This document shows, piece by piece, positions 11,108-20,421 of a DNA stretch of 64,000 nucleotides. Every line of letters begins with the position of its first letter. Position 1 is the stretch's first letter. The notes beneath the pieces are model-generated. The model was not told where the DNA came from. It made no database searches and worked only from the letters and a program-made list of their open reading frames with translations. Position numbers and translations under genes: made by a program. The stretch comes from Tubiluchus corallicola (taxonomy: Eukaryota > Animalia > Priapulida): contig JAQGDQ010000216.1 in assembly GCA_030141605.1 (NCBI GenBank), positions 310,046-374,045 of the forward strand, written 5' to 3'.

Positions 11108-11957
11108 TGTAAATCTTCAGCTTAATTCGGACAAATTGGTTTAAAAATTAAGAGAGACATTTCTTACATTATAACCGATAAAAACGAGTAAGATGAAGGC
11201 AAAAAAACAGACTACCGAACAAATGAGTTTAAAGATAAGACCACGCGTGTGCACCAGCAATGGCAAACCGATTTCACCTACTTTAAAATCATTGGATGGG
11301 GCTGGTATTATTTGGCTACCGTAATGGACGATTATTCAAGGTATATCGTCACCTGGGAGCTTTGCCAAAGCATTGAGTCGGCCGATGCCAAGCATGTTAT
11401 TCAAAAGGCTTTACATACGGCCAAAATACCTGCAGGCGATTGTCCCAGGTTACTCTCCGGTAATGGAGCGTGCTACATATCAAACGAGTTTCAGAGCTTT
11501 TTAAAAGATACCAAAATGGGACATGTACGTGGAGCCCCATACCACCCTCAAACACAAGGGAAAATTGAGCGTTACCACCGCACCATGAAAAATCAGGTAA
11601 AGTTGGATAACTACTACTTTCCTGATGAACTAATGACGGTTCTACAGGAGTTTGTATATAATTACAACAACCACCGGTATCATGAATCACTCAAGAATGT
11701 TACACCTGCCGACGTGTATTTTGGAAGGCAAAAACAGTTACTGGGCAATCGTGAAAACATTAAAATAAAAACGCTAAATGAAAGAAGAAAAAGGAATCAG
11801 AAAATCGCAGTGTATCACTTTTGATTTATTGAAAACTCTGCGAGTTTCCAACAAGTCAACAGGTGAATTATCATCACCATAAAAAAGAGAATTTGAATTA
11901 TAAAACTATCTCTTAACTTTAAGCATCAATTTGTCCAATAAGTTTTGAAGTTAAACA
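11108..11957 (+). mobile_element. Internally deleted IS3-family element (850 bp)
   Basis: TG...CA ends with imperfect IRs tgtaaatcttcagcttaattcggacaaattg / caatttgtccaataagttttgaagttaaaca. Confidence 0.8.
11193..11824 (+). pseudogene. IS3-family transposase remnant (about 10 N-terminal codons joined to the integrase core)
   Basis: MKAKKQTTEQ then WQTDFTY...DDYSR...HPQTQGKIERYHRTMK; second catalytic Asp (usually SDNG) reads SGNG. Confidence 0.85.
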
Positions 11958-11959
11958 GG

Positions 11960-12359
11960 TACAAAAGAACCAAAAAATCGAGCCTTTAAGGGCATTCCTT
12001 GTTTTTCGCTGTTTTCTTGTTAAGAGCTTTTAGTAGTGGCGGTTGTGTTTCAAGGTTTTTCTTTACGTTCTTTTGTTTTGATACAAAAGAACCAAAAAAT
12101 CGAGCCTTTAAGGGCATTCCTTGTTTTTCGCTGTTTTCTTGTTAAGAGCTTTTAGTAGTGGCGGTTGTGTTTCAAGGTTTTTCTTTACGTTCTTTTGTTT
12201 TGATACAAAAGAACCAAAAAATCGAGCCTTTAAGGGCATTCCTTGTTTTTCGCTGTTTTCTTGTTAAGAGTTTTTAGTAGTGGCGGTTGTGTTTCAAGGG
12301 GAGCTTATGTTCTTTTGTTTTGATAGAAAAGAGGCAAAAAATCAAGCTTTTAAGGGCAG
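11960..12359 (+). repeat. Tandem array of a 122-bp unit (3 copies plus a diverged partial 4th)
   Basis: Unit starts tacaaaagaaccaaaaaatcgagcc at 11960, 12082, 12204; diverged copy at 12324; contains hairpin ttcttttgt-N6-acaaaagaa. Confidence 0.95.
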
Positions 12360-12380
12360 TTTTATTTTTTATTGAGTTTT

Positions 12381-14720
12381 TTACTGTTTTGCTTCCGGAA
12401 AAGCCTGATTTTTCCTGTTTCCAATAAAGAATTGAACTTTTTCTTCATTCCCTTGTTCATCTGTTACGAGAAGCTTGTGCCATCCTGCGTCAGTTTCTAT
12501 TGCTTTTGAGTGTTTCCCAATGGTGTTTCCCAGGTATATATCATCAAGGTACCAGAACACATTTTTCTGGGGGGATGTGTGGGCTATTTTTGATATTAGT
12601 TTTTGGCTTTCCCCTCCGAAATCTCTTGGTATCCATATATATGAAGAGTCTTTGGGGTATATAAAGGTCATCTGTTTTGAGATTTTTCTATTTTCGCAGC
12701 TTGGGTTATGTTCAGGTGTGCCATCTAAAACTCTGCCACGGGCTTTTAGCTGATGTAACACATCGGGCGGGTATGATAGTATCTTTTTTTCGTAGTACCC
12801 TTTTCCCCAGCAGTATGAGCACACCGAGTACTTTTCTTCTCTATCTACATATACTGCTTTGTGGAAAGGGCAGAGTCTAAGTGGCTGCATATAAATAGGT
12901 ACGTCGACCTGTTCTTTTTCCGGGCAGTTCTGTCCTGCAAGGAACCCGGTTTTTTTACAGATGTTGATTTGAGCAAAGTCATCGTAGTTTTTATTGAACC
13001 GGTATGATCCTTTATTGGGGAGGTTGTTGAGTATATCGAATAGCAGTGATCCGGCACTGACTGTTCCCGATAGCCTGGGATTTCCTTCTCCATCGAAGTT
13101 ACCTACCCAAACAGCTATTGTCCACTCCGGTAAGACACCTATTGCCCATGCATCTTTGTGTCCATAGCTTGTTCCTGTTTTCCATGCGATTGGTTTTTGA
13201 TGTTGATATTTTCTCCAGTTGTATTCCACTCCCGGCCTTTTTAGGTCTCTAAGCGCTTGCAATGTTATATAGCATGCTCCCGGGCTTATCAACTGCTGTG
13301 CATTTGTCCGCATCATTACCGAGTCTTGATCCCGGTATATGATTGGCGTAAAGACTCCTCTATTTGCCAATCCTCTGTAGAGCTTGGTCATGTCTAACAG
13401 GTTCACTTCTGCCCCTCCTATTATTAAAGGCAGGCCGTACTCTTCTGCTTCTCTAAATAGTGTTGTTACTCCCGCTTCTTTGAGAAAGGTATAAAACTGG
13501 TATACTCCATATGTGTTTAGGAGCCTGACAGATGGCACATTCAGAGACTTTATTAATGACTCCTGTGCCGTTACTATGCCGTTAAACTTTTTATCGGCAT
13601 TGCTTGGTGAGAATGCGTTAAAGTAGGTTGGCACATCTTTTATTAGTGTTTTTGGTACTATTATTCCCTCGTCAATAGAGAGTCCATATAAGAAGGGTTT
13701 TAAGATTGAACCTGACGAGCGGGGCGCTACTACTCCATTGACCTGGCCTAATGCATCGAAGTCAAAGAAATTCTGTGACCCCACATAGGCTTTTATTTTT
13801 CCGGTTTTTGTTTCTGTAACCAATACGGCAGCGTTTTTTATCCCTTCATTGCGGATTTTTTTTACATGTAGCCTGGTGAGCTCCTGCACACGGTTTTGCA
13901 GGCCTAGGTTTAAGGTTGTCCTGATTGTTTTTTGCCTCGGATACCTGTTTTTCACATATCGTGAAAAGTGTGGTGCGGCAAGGTCAAAGGGGTAGATTTT
14001 ATAAGGTATTGGTTCCAATACGGCAAGTTCAAATATTTTTTTGTCAATTACACCTTTCTTTAACAGTTTACTCAGAAGCCTATCTCTTTTTTCTTTTACC
14101 TGTTTATTGTTTCCGGAGGGGAATATTATTCCTGGTGCGTTTGGCAAAATAGCCAGTGTGGCGGCTTCTGCCCAGCTCAGTTCTTTCGGTTTTTTCTCAA
14201 AATATCTGTATGATGCTGCCTGGTAGCCCTTAATGTTTGCTCCGTACGGGGCGTGGTCCAGGTAGAGTTTTAGTATTTCATCTTTTGTGTAATGTACTTC
14301 TATTTTTACGGCCTGGCATATCTCCTTTATTTTGCTCCAGTAGTTTCTTTTATTCGCACTTCTCAAGCGTGCAACCTGCATAGTGATAGTGCTTGCTCCG
14401 CTAACCACTCTTTTTTGGGACAGGTTCTGTTTTATTGCCCTTAAGATTGAAGCGGGGTTAAATCCGGGGTGGTAGTAGAAGTGCTTATCTTCAAACAGAA
14501 GTACCGCTTCCTGTAGTTTGCGAGGTACGCTATCCTCCGCTCTGGGAGGCAGGCACCACTGTTCATTTTCATTCAGAAAGACCCTTAATATTTTCCCTTG
14601 CTCATCGGTAACAACTACGCTGTAATCGGTTTTAAAAAGCGGGGGAGGGAAGGGTTTTATTAAATAAAACACAACCAGTAAGACCAAGGCTACAAAAAGC
14701 CTGATACTCCATCTCTTCAC
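12381..14720 (-). CDS. pbpC: Penicillin-binding protein 1C
   Basis: Transglycosylase EDKHFYYHPG, GASTITMQVAR; transpeptidase SILK, SLN, KTGT; adjacent to alpha-2-macroglobulin. Confidence 0.95.
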   Translation of the reverse strand: MKRWSIRLFVALVLLVVFYLIKPFPPPLFKTDYSVVVTDEQGKILRVFLNENEQWCLPPRAEDSVPRKLQEAVLLFEDKHFYYHPGFNPASILRAIKQNLSQKRVVSGASTITMQVARLRSANKRNYWSKIKEICQAVKIEVHYTKDEILKLYLDHAPYGANIKGYQAASYRYFEKKPKELSWAEAATLAILPNAPGIIFPSGNNKQVKEKRDRLLSKLLKKGVIDKKIFELAVLEPIPYKIYPFDLAAPHFSRYVKNRYPRQKTIRTTLNLGLQNRVQELTRLHVKKIRNEGIKNAAVLVTETKTGKIKAYVGSQNFFDFDALGQVNGVVAPRSSGSILKPFLYGLSIDEGIIVPKTLIKDVPTYFNAFSPSNADKKFNGIVTAQESLIKSLNVPSVRLLNTYGVYQFYTFLKEAGVTTLFREAEEYGLPLIIGGAEVNLLDMTKLYRGLANRGVFTPIIYRDQDSVMMRTNAQQLISPGACYITLQALRDLKRPGVEYNWRKYQHQKPIAWKTGTSYGHKDAWAIGVLPEWTIAVWVGNFDGEGNPRLSGTVSAGSLLFDILNNLPNKGSYRFNKNYDDFAQINICKKTGFLAGQNCPEKEQVDVPIYMQPLRLCPFHKAVYVDREEKYSVCSYCWGKGYYEKKILSYPPDVLHQLKARGRVLDGTPEHNPSCENRKISKQMTFIYPKDSSYIWIPRDFGGESQKLISKIAHTSPQKNVFWYLDDIYLGNTIGKHSKAIETDAGWHKLLVTDEQGNEEKVQFFIGNRKNQAFPEAKQ

Positions 14721-14746
14721 CTAAATAAAAAATTATATTGTTCTTT

Positions 14747-17700
14747 CTATTTTATTACTTTAACTTTTTTACCTGCTTTGGTAGCTTTAAATGATTCGTT
14801 ATACATAGCTTCAACCAGTGTTGGCGCCAATTCGAACTCTCCAATTGTTACAGCATTTATTTTTACAATAAAGTCCAGTTTCTTCTTCTTCTCTATATTC
14901 TTATGTATGTCGAAGAACCACATAACTCTGTCGTCCCTGATATCAAGGTATTTTTCGTTATATAGGTTCATTCTTTCTGTCCATGCAGGCATTGACTCAC
15001 CAGACAGGCGAGTGTTTTCTATTTCCCAGCCTGACGGTAATATCTGAACTAGAGCCACTTCGTCAACACGCTTTAGCGTGCTTATGTTTTCAACCTGGAA
15101 GTGTCCCCAAAATGCTGTTCCCTGGTTAATCTGAGTAATATCGATTCCTTTCCCTTCCTCGTCATACCATTTTACATTTAATGAGAGGTTGCTATTTTCA
15201 TCTTTTATATCACTTTTAAAAGGAACTCCATCCCACGCAAGTGTGGTAAAGGCTTTTGCTACGTCCGATTTTTCATCGAGCGAAATCTGTATTGGTTTGC
15301 CAAAACCATTTTGTAATCTGTACGTGTAGGTTTTTTCCGTTTTAAAAGGCACTTCTGTGCCATCGGCAAATGTTATGTGCCCTTTTAGCTCTGCTTTTTC
15401 GCTTCCTTTTTGCAGTGCTGTTATGTATTTCCCAATCCCCAACAGGGTGTAGCCGATGGTTTGTGTGGAGTACCAATCGCTTGCTGATATGTATTTTGAT
15501 ATGTCTCGCGCCAACTCTTCTGCCTGCTCCATTTTATTTAGAGAAACGAGTGCGTCCAGAATCATGCCCTTGTCTCTTAGCCCCGATCCGTAGGTGCCTG
15601 AGAACTCCTGATAGTTGTCGGTTTCCATACCTGCATCTTTGACAATTTCACTGACTTTATCGGGCAGTCCTGCCAAATGGTATGATGCTGCCAACAGCCA
15701 TTTCTGAACATTGTTCATTTTGTGCAGTCTGTTCTCTCTCAATAGGTTCATTTCACTATTTGCCGGTTTTCCAGCCAGCGCAAGAGTGTAAGCTCTGTAT
15801 ACTCTTGAGGTTAAGTTTCCACTACCCTGACGGGCCATTTTGCTTGTGTATCCTAACCAGTTTCTATACAGGTCTTCTGTGACATGGTATCCCAGTTTTT
15901 TTGCTTCTACCATAAAGTGTCCTCCATAAAGTGTTCCCCATTCAGAGGGGGTATCTTCATAGGGCCAGTAACTAAATCCCCCGGAGAATATCTGAAATTT
16001 GCGTAACTGCTGAATTCCTGCATTGATGTTTTTGTCTATATCTTTTGTGTCGGCTTCCGAGTAATCTACAAACTGTTTGATGTATAGCTGCGGGAACACT
16101 GATGATGTTGTTTGCTCTATGCAGCCGTAAGGGTAGTGGATCAGATATTTTAGTCTGTGGTCGATACTTATTCCGGGATAATTTGAAATCGTTATGGTTG
16201 CTCTATTGGTGCCTTTTAATCCATCATCCGGCACGTATAGAGTGGCTGTTTTACCTGATTCAACACTGCTATTAAATGATTTATATATTCTTGGTGATGC
16301 CGGTCTGACATACAGGTCTACCAGGTATTCTGCCTTATGTTTTGCTGACCTTGCTCTTATTTTTACTTTAGTTTGCCCTACCTGCTCTTTGGCTTTTATG
16401 GTAAAGTAGCACTCTTTATCGTCAGCTTTTTTAAACTGCATCTTTCGGCTGTCTGCTCCTTCTATTTCCAGGAGCTCTTCTGTAGCTATATCTACCTCTA
16501 CATTACCTATTCCATCTTCCATTGCAAATACCGATACAGGAACGGTAAACTTTTCTCCTGGCCCTATCACGCGTGGCAGTGTGGGCATTACCATTAATTC
16601 CGACTTTACCGGTACTCTTTTTTCCGCTTTGGCATAGCTCTTTTTTCTTGCACCTATCACCATTATTCTTACTGATCCCACATAGTTTGGCATATCAAAC
16701 CTAACAACAGCTTTCCCACTTGCATCTGTGTCAACAGGGCCTTTAAATAGGCTTACAGGTTTAAACCTTCGCTGTCGTTTTTTGTTACCTAGCTGCGACT
16801 CTCTGTAGTCCATATCTCCTCCTATTGAGAAGGTTTTAAAGACATCTCCCTTATTTGCTGATATAATGTGGGAGAAGAGGTCAAATGTCCGGGTTTCCAA
16901 TCGTACTTTAGAAAAGAAGTGTGGCCACGGGTCAGGGGTTTTGAAGTTTGTGATGTCCAGCAGTCCTTCATCTACTACAGCAATGGTAAACTGGGTTGGC
17001 TCCCGGTCTTTTGTTTGTAATGTGATTTCAAATGGTTTTTCTGGGAGGAATTTAGTCGCTGTTTTTATTTCAATTTCGTGTTTGGAATCTCTGTTTTCAA
17101 CCAATATGGGTAGTATGCCAAACATTCTAATAGGCCTGTCATTTTCTGTTTGTTTGTGCGGCTGTATAAGCGATACCGTGATATATGCATTGGGTACCAT
17201 TTTTTCTGTAGCGGGTATTTTAACTTCAGTCAGGTCTTCTCCTTTTGGTGATACCCATGTGTTGTACAGTATTTCTCCTCCTTTTTCAACAGTTATCAGA
17301 GCTATTCCCTCTTTTGGGGCAGGGAATTGAACTTTGATATGCTCATTTGTGTAGTACTTGTTCTTTTGGGAGCTTAGTTCCAGTGTGCCAGCACTTTTAT
17401 CTTCCCCACCTGAGCTACCGTATTTATAGGCTGTTACAAAGATACCTGACGTGTGTCCCGTTCCTTCTTCATCGGTTACTTCAATTAAAAATGTGCCACG
17501 TTCTATTGGCAAGAATTTTATGATACTATGTGTTGTTTTGGAGTTGACACTCCCTTCTCCTATCAACACTGTGTTTTTATCTGATTTAAAGCGTAGTTTT
17601 TTATCGTATTGCCACCACCAATGCTCAGTGTTTCGGTATATTCGATATTTCAGTGATCTTCCTGCCACAGGTTTTCCTTCAGGCGTAACAATAATAGCCG

Positions 17701-20179
17701 GTACTTCAAGGTTGCTCCCTGTCGGTATGTAGTGGTACTTTGGCGGTTGTATTCCTACGTAGTGGGAGTATGGTTCATATGGTAAGAATGAGATGTTTTC
17801 GTTTGGTCTGCCCCCTTTTTCCATGACCTTACCGGTTACTTTTACCATTAGTGCTGATGGTGCGTTTGAGACATCTGGCAGGTTCCACTCGGTAAGTTTT
17901 TTCCCGTTATTATCAAGTTCTCCTTCAAATATTGTTTGCTCAATAGGCTGAAAATCGACACTGGGATTTGTAAATACAAAGCTATCATACTTTTTGAATC
18001 TCTTTTTTATGCTAAATATTTCTGTGTCAATCCGGGCTTTAAGTCCGGCAGCAGGATTTCCGAACAGGTAAGTGCTGCTCAAGTCCAAATTGAAGGTTGT
18101 CTTGTTCCACGCAATAAACTGCTGCTCCGGCTCAATTTTAATTTTTAAGCGGTACGGGACAACCGTTTCAATTTTTATTGTATGGGTAAACTCTTTATTA
18201 CCAATACGAAACACTGCTCTCCAGTTTCCTGTCGGATCGGACTCTTTTGTCTGTACTTTAAAGTTGTAAAATCCATCCTTGCTTTGCTTGTTTGTTACTT
18301 CATATATTTTTTTACCTTGCGGATTGATCATTTCAATTGTGAGAGGGTGATTTCTTGGGTAGCTTCGTTTGGTAAAGCGGGCTATTATTGAGATGTTTAT
18401 CTCGTCACCAGGTCTGTACACACCTCTTTCTGTATATGTGTATGCTTTGATGCCTGAGTTATGCTCACTGATTCCCCCGGTGTCAAATCCTGATGTGTTC
18501 CACTCCATATCATTAGGCTTTATGACACTTTGCTGGCCATCTTTTTCTGCTGTTATGTAGTAGTTGAAATATCTTTCCCCGTACAGTGTTGCTATTCCAT
18601 CACTGTCTGTGTTTGCTGTTGATTTTGTATCGCCATAGATTGATATTAGTTTGACTCTTACTCCCTGCATGGGTTTTGCTGTAGCGATGTCTGTTGCGTA
18701 TACTTTATAGTTGTTTTTTATTTTCTTGCATGTCAGTCCTATATCGCTAAAGAGCAGCGGTTTATAGATTTGTCCGTATTTTTCTATGTATTTATCGTAG
18801 TTCCCGCTTTCTATTTCTGTCAGCATATCTCGCGGGTTAAAGTTCAGGCGCACCAAGTAGAGCCCTTTGTGATTTTTACGGATCAACTTTGATAAGTCTA
18901 TTTCATTTAGTTTCCATACGTTTTTTTCTTCGCCTATTTCAAAGGTCTCATTGTGCACTATAACTCCTACCTGGTTGACGTATTTTGCATTAAAGGGAGC
19001 TTTTCTATCAGACAGGCTTTTCAGCTGTTCATTTCTCAAAAACTTCGGGATACTATTTGCATACACTTTTTTTACTTCAACATGGACTCTTTTTAAGTTG
19101 TTTGTGTGAAACTGAAGCCTATACTGGTTTCCACTGGGCAGAAAAATACCACTGGATGCAAATTCTACCTGTGGCTCCATATTTGCGAAGGTTATCTTTT
19201 GGGTATATTTCTTTTCTGTTACTGTCCCCCATCTATTTTTTATTCCTTTTTCAACTATTAGTTTATAGTTTTCTCCAGCCCGGAAATTCCCGTCTATTAT
19301 TAGGGAGCTTCCCATTCTTTGAATTTTCAGGTTTGATACCGGGATTGTTTTTATTAGCCCGTCAATGTTTTGCTCGGGGTCAAATTCATCAGAGAAGTGC
19401 AGCCTTATTTTAGGGGATTTTCCCTTATCTTCTCTACTTACCTTAGTCAGTTCCATTGATCCTAATGGGCTGATTTCAAAAGATTTTTTAAAGTTTTTTG
19501 GTAAGCCTGTCTTTTTTTTACGTATGGTAAGTGTATAGTTGTCTGTGCTGCTTTTGCGAAGCAGATCACCCGATATATAGTTGAATGTTTTTCCATCTGG
19601 CTCTGCTGTTATTTTGACTTCAACTGCTTTTTTCCCTTTTTTTAGCTCCAGGGCTTTTTCGACTGTTTTCAGGTCAATTGATTCTGTAAAGCTGACTATC
19701 CCTATGTATTGCAATATTTCTCTGTTATTGCTATTTTTCAAAATCAGTTTTCCATCGAATTTTGCAATTTCCCTTCCTGCAATTCTGAACCTAAATTCAA
19801 TGGATCCCAAATTTTCATCTTTGAATTTCTCATTCAGTTCTGATAGAATCAGTTTTCCATTAAATGTTTTTCTATAGGGTAGGTCTCCTACAGGTCTAAA
19901 TACTATTGTGTTTCTGCTTTTCCAGTATGCTACGCCTCTTATGGATGGCGAAATCTTAAAGGCCCCTTTTACTACACTGCCTACCTCTTCTGCTTCTACT
20001 ACCGGTTCAATAAATTGTACCTCTATTAAGTCACCACTTTGAATTTCTCCACTAGTTACTGTATTTACTATTTTTGCAACCTCTTCGGAGTATATTACAT
20101 CTCCTTCTTTTTCTCTCTCTTTGCATGATATTAGCAGAACAGTCAGTACTGTGCACAAGATTAGCGCTGTTTTTCTCAT
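14747..20179 (-). CDS. Bacterial alpha-2-macroglobulin lipoprotein (YfhM-like)
   Basis: Lipobox LISC, YTERGVYRPG, AVVDEGLL, thioester motif PYGCIEQ, LPSGWEIEN; paired with pbpC. Confidence 0.95.
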   Translation of the reverse strand: MRKTALILCTVLTVLLISCKEREKEGDVIYSEEVAKIVNTVTSGEIQSGDLIEVQFIEPVVEAEEVGSVVKGAFKISPSIRGVAYWKSRNTIVFRPVGDLPYRKTFNGKLILSELNEKFKDENLGSIEFRFRIAGREIAKFDGKLILKNSNNREILQYIGIVSFTESIDLKTVEKALELKKGKKAVEVKITAEPDGKTFNYISGDLLRKSSTDNYTLTIRKKKTGLPKNFKKSFEISPLGSMELTKVSREDKGKSPKIRLHFSDEFDPEQNIDGLIKTIPVSNLKIQRMGSSLIIDGNFRAGENYKLIVEKGIKNRWGTVTEKKYTQKITFANMEPQVEFASSGIFLPSGNQYRLQFHTNNLKRVHVEVKKVYANSIPKFLRNEQLKSLSDRKAPFNAKYVNQVGVIVHNETFEIGEEKNVWKLNEIDLSKLIRKNHKGLYLVRLNFNPRDMLTEIESGNYDKYIEKYGQIYKPLLFSDIGLTCKKIKNNYKVYATDIATAKPMQGVRVKLISIYGDTKSTANTDSDGIATLYGERYFNYYITAEKDGQQSVIKPNDMEWNTSGFDTGGISEHNSGIKAYTYTERGVYRPGDEINISIIARFTKRSYPRNHPLTIEMINPQGKKIYEVTNKQSKDGFYNFKVQTKESDPTGNWRAVFRIGNKEFTHTIKIETVVPYRLKIKIEPEQQFIAWNKTTFNLDLSSTYLFGNPAAGLKARIDTEIFSIKKRFKKYDSFVFTNPSVDFQPIEQTIFEGELDNNGKKLTEWNLPDVSNAPSALMVKVTGKVMEKGGRPNENISFLPYEPYSHYVGIQPPKYHYIPTGSNLEVPAIIVTPEGKPVAGRSLKYRIYRNTEHWWWQYDKKLRFKSDKNTVLIGEGSVNSKTTHSIIKFLPIERGTFLIEVTDEEGTGHTSGIFVTAYKYGSSGGEDKSAGTLELSSQKNKYYTNEHIKVQFPAPKEGIALITVEKGGEILYNTWVSPKGEDLTEVKIPATEKMVPNAYITVSLIQPHKQTENDRPIRMFGILPILVENRDSKHEIEIKTATKFLPEKPFEITLQTKDREPTQFTIAVVDEGLLDITNFKTPDPWPHFFSKVRLETRTFDLFSHIISANKGDVFKTFSIGGDMDYRESQLGNKKRQRRFKPVSLFKGPVDTDASGKAVVRFDMPNYVGSVRIMVIGARKKSYAKAEKRVPVKSELMVMPTLPRVIGPGEKFTVPVSVFAMEDGIGNVEVDIATEELLEIEGADSRKMQFKKADDKECYFTIKAKEQVGQTKVKIRARSAKHKAEYLVDLYVRPASPRIYKSFNSSVESGKTATLYVPDDGLKGTNRATITISNYPGISIDHRLKYLIHYPYGCIEQTTSSVFPQLYIKQFVDYSEADTKDIDKNINAGIQQLRKFQIFSGGFSYWPYEDTPSEWGTLYGGHFMVEAKKLGYHVTEDLYRNWLGYTSKMARQGSGNLTSRVYRAYTLALAGKPANSEMNLLRENRLHKMNNVQKWLLAASYHLAGLPDKVSEIVKDAGMETDNYQEFSGTYGSGLRDKGMILDALVSLNKMEQAEELARDISKYISASDWYSTQTIGYTLLGIGKYITALQKGSEKAELKGHITFADGTEVPFKTEKTYTYRLQNGFGKPIQISLDEKSDVAKAFTTLAWDGVPFKSDIKDENSNLSLNVKWYDEEGKGIDITQINQGTAFWGHFQVENISTLKRVDEVALVQILPSGWEIENTRLSGESMPAWTERMNLYNEKYLDIRDDRVMWFFDIHKNIEKKKKLDFIVKINAVTIGEFELAPTLVEAMYNESFKATKAGKKVKVIK

Positions 20180-20421
20180 TGGGTATGATTTAATATAATA
20201 TTATAGTACATTACATTACATGTTAACAAAGTAAGGTTAAAACCTTAGCGAAACTTATTTTATTAATATTTATATCATTTTTTTTAAGAGTAATTTACTA
20301 TCGATTTTTTTCTTAACCTGAGCCCAGTTGGGATATTTTTGCTTGTATAGCGCAGTGCTTAAATATTTGAATAAGTGCTATCCCTCCTGCTGCTTTTTGG
20401 TGTTCTAACCGGATATAGTTT

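Noticed and set aside
11960-12359. CRISPR array
   Set aside because: Whole 122-bp units are near-identical, so there are no unique spacers, and no cas genes lie in the window
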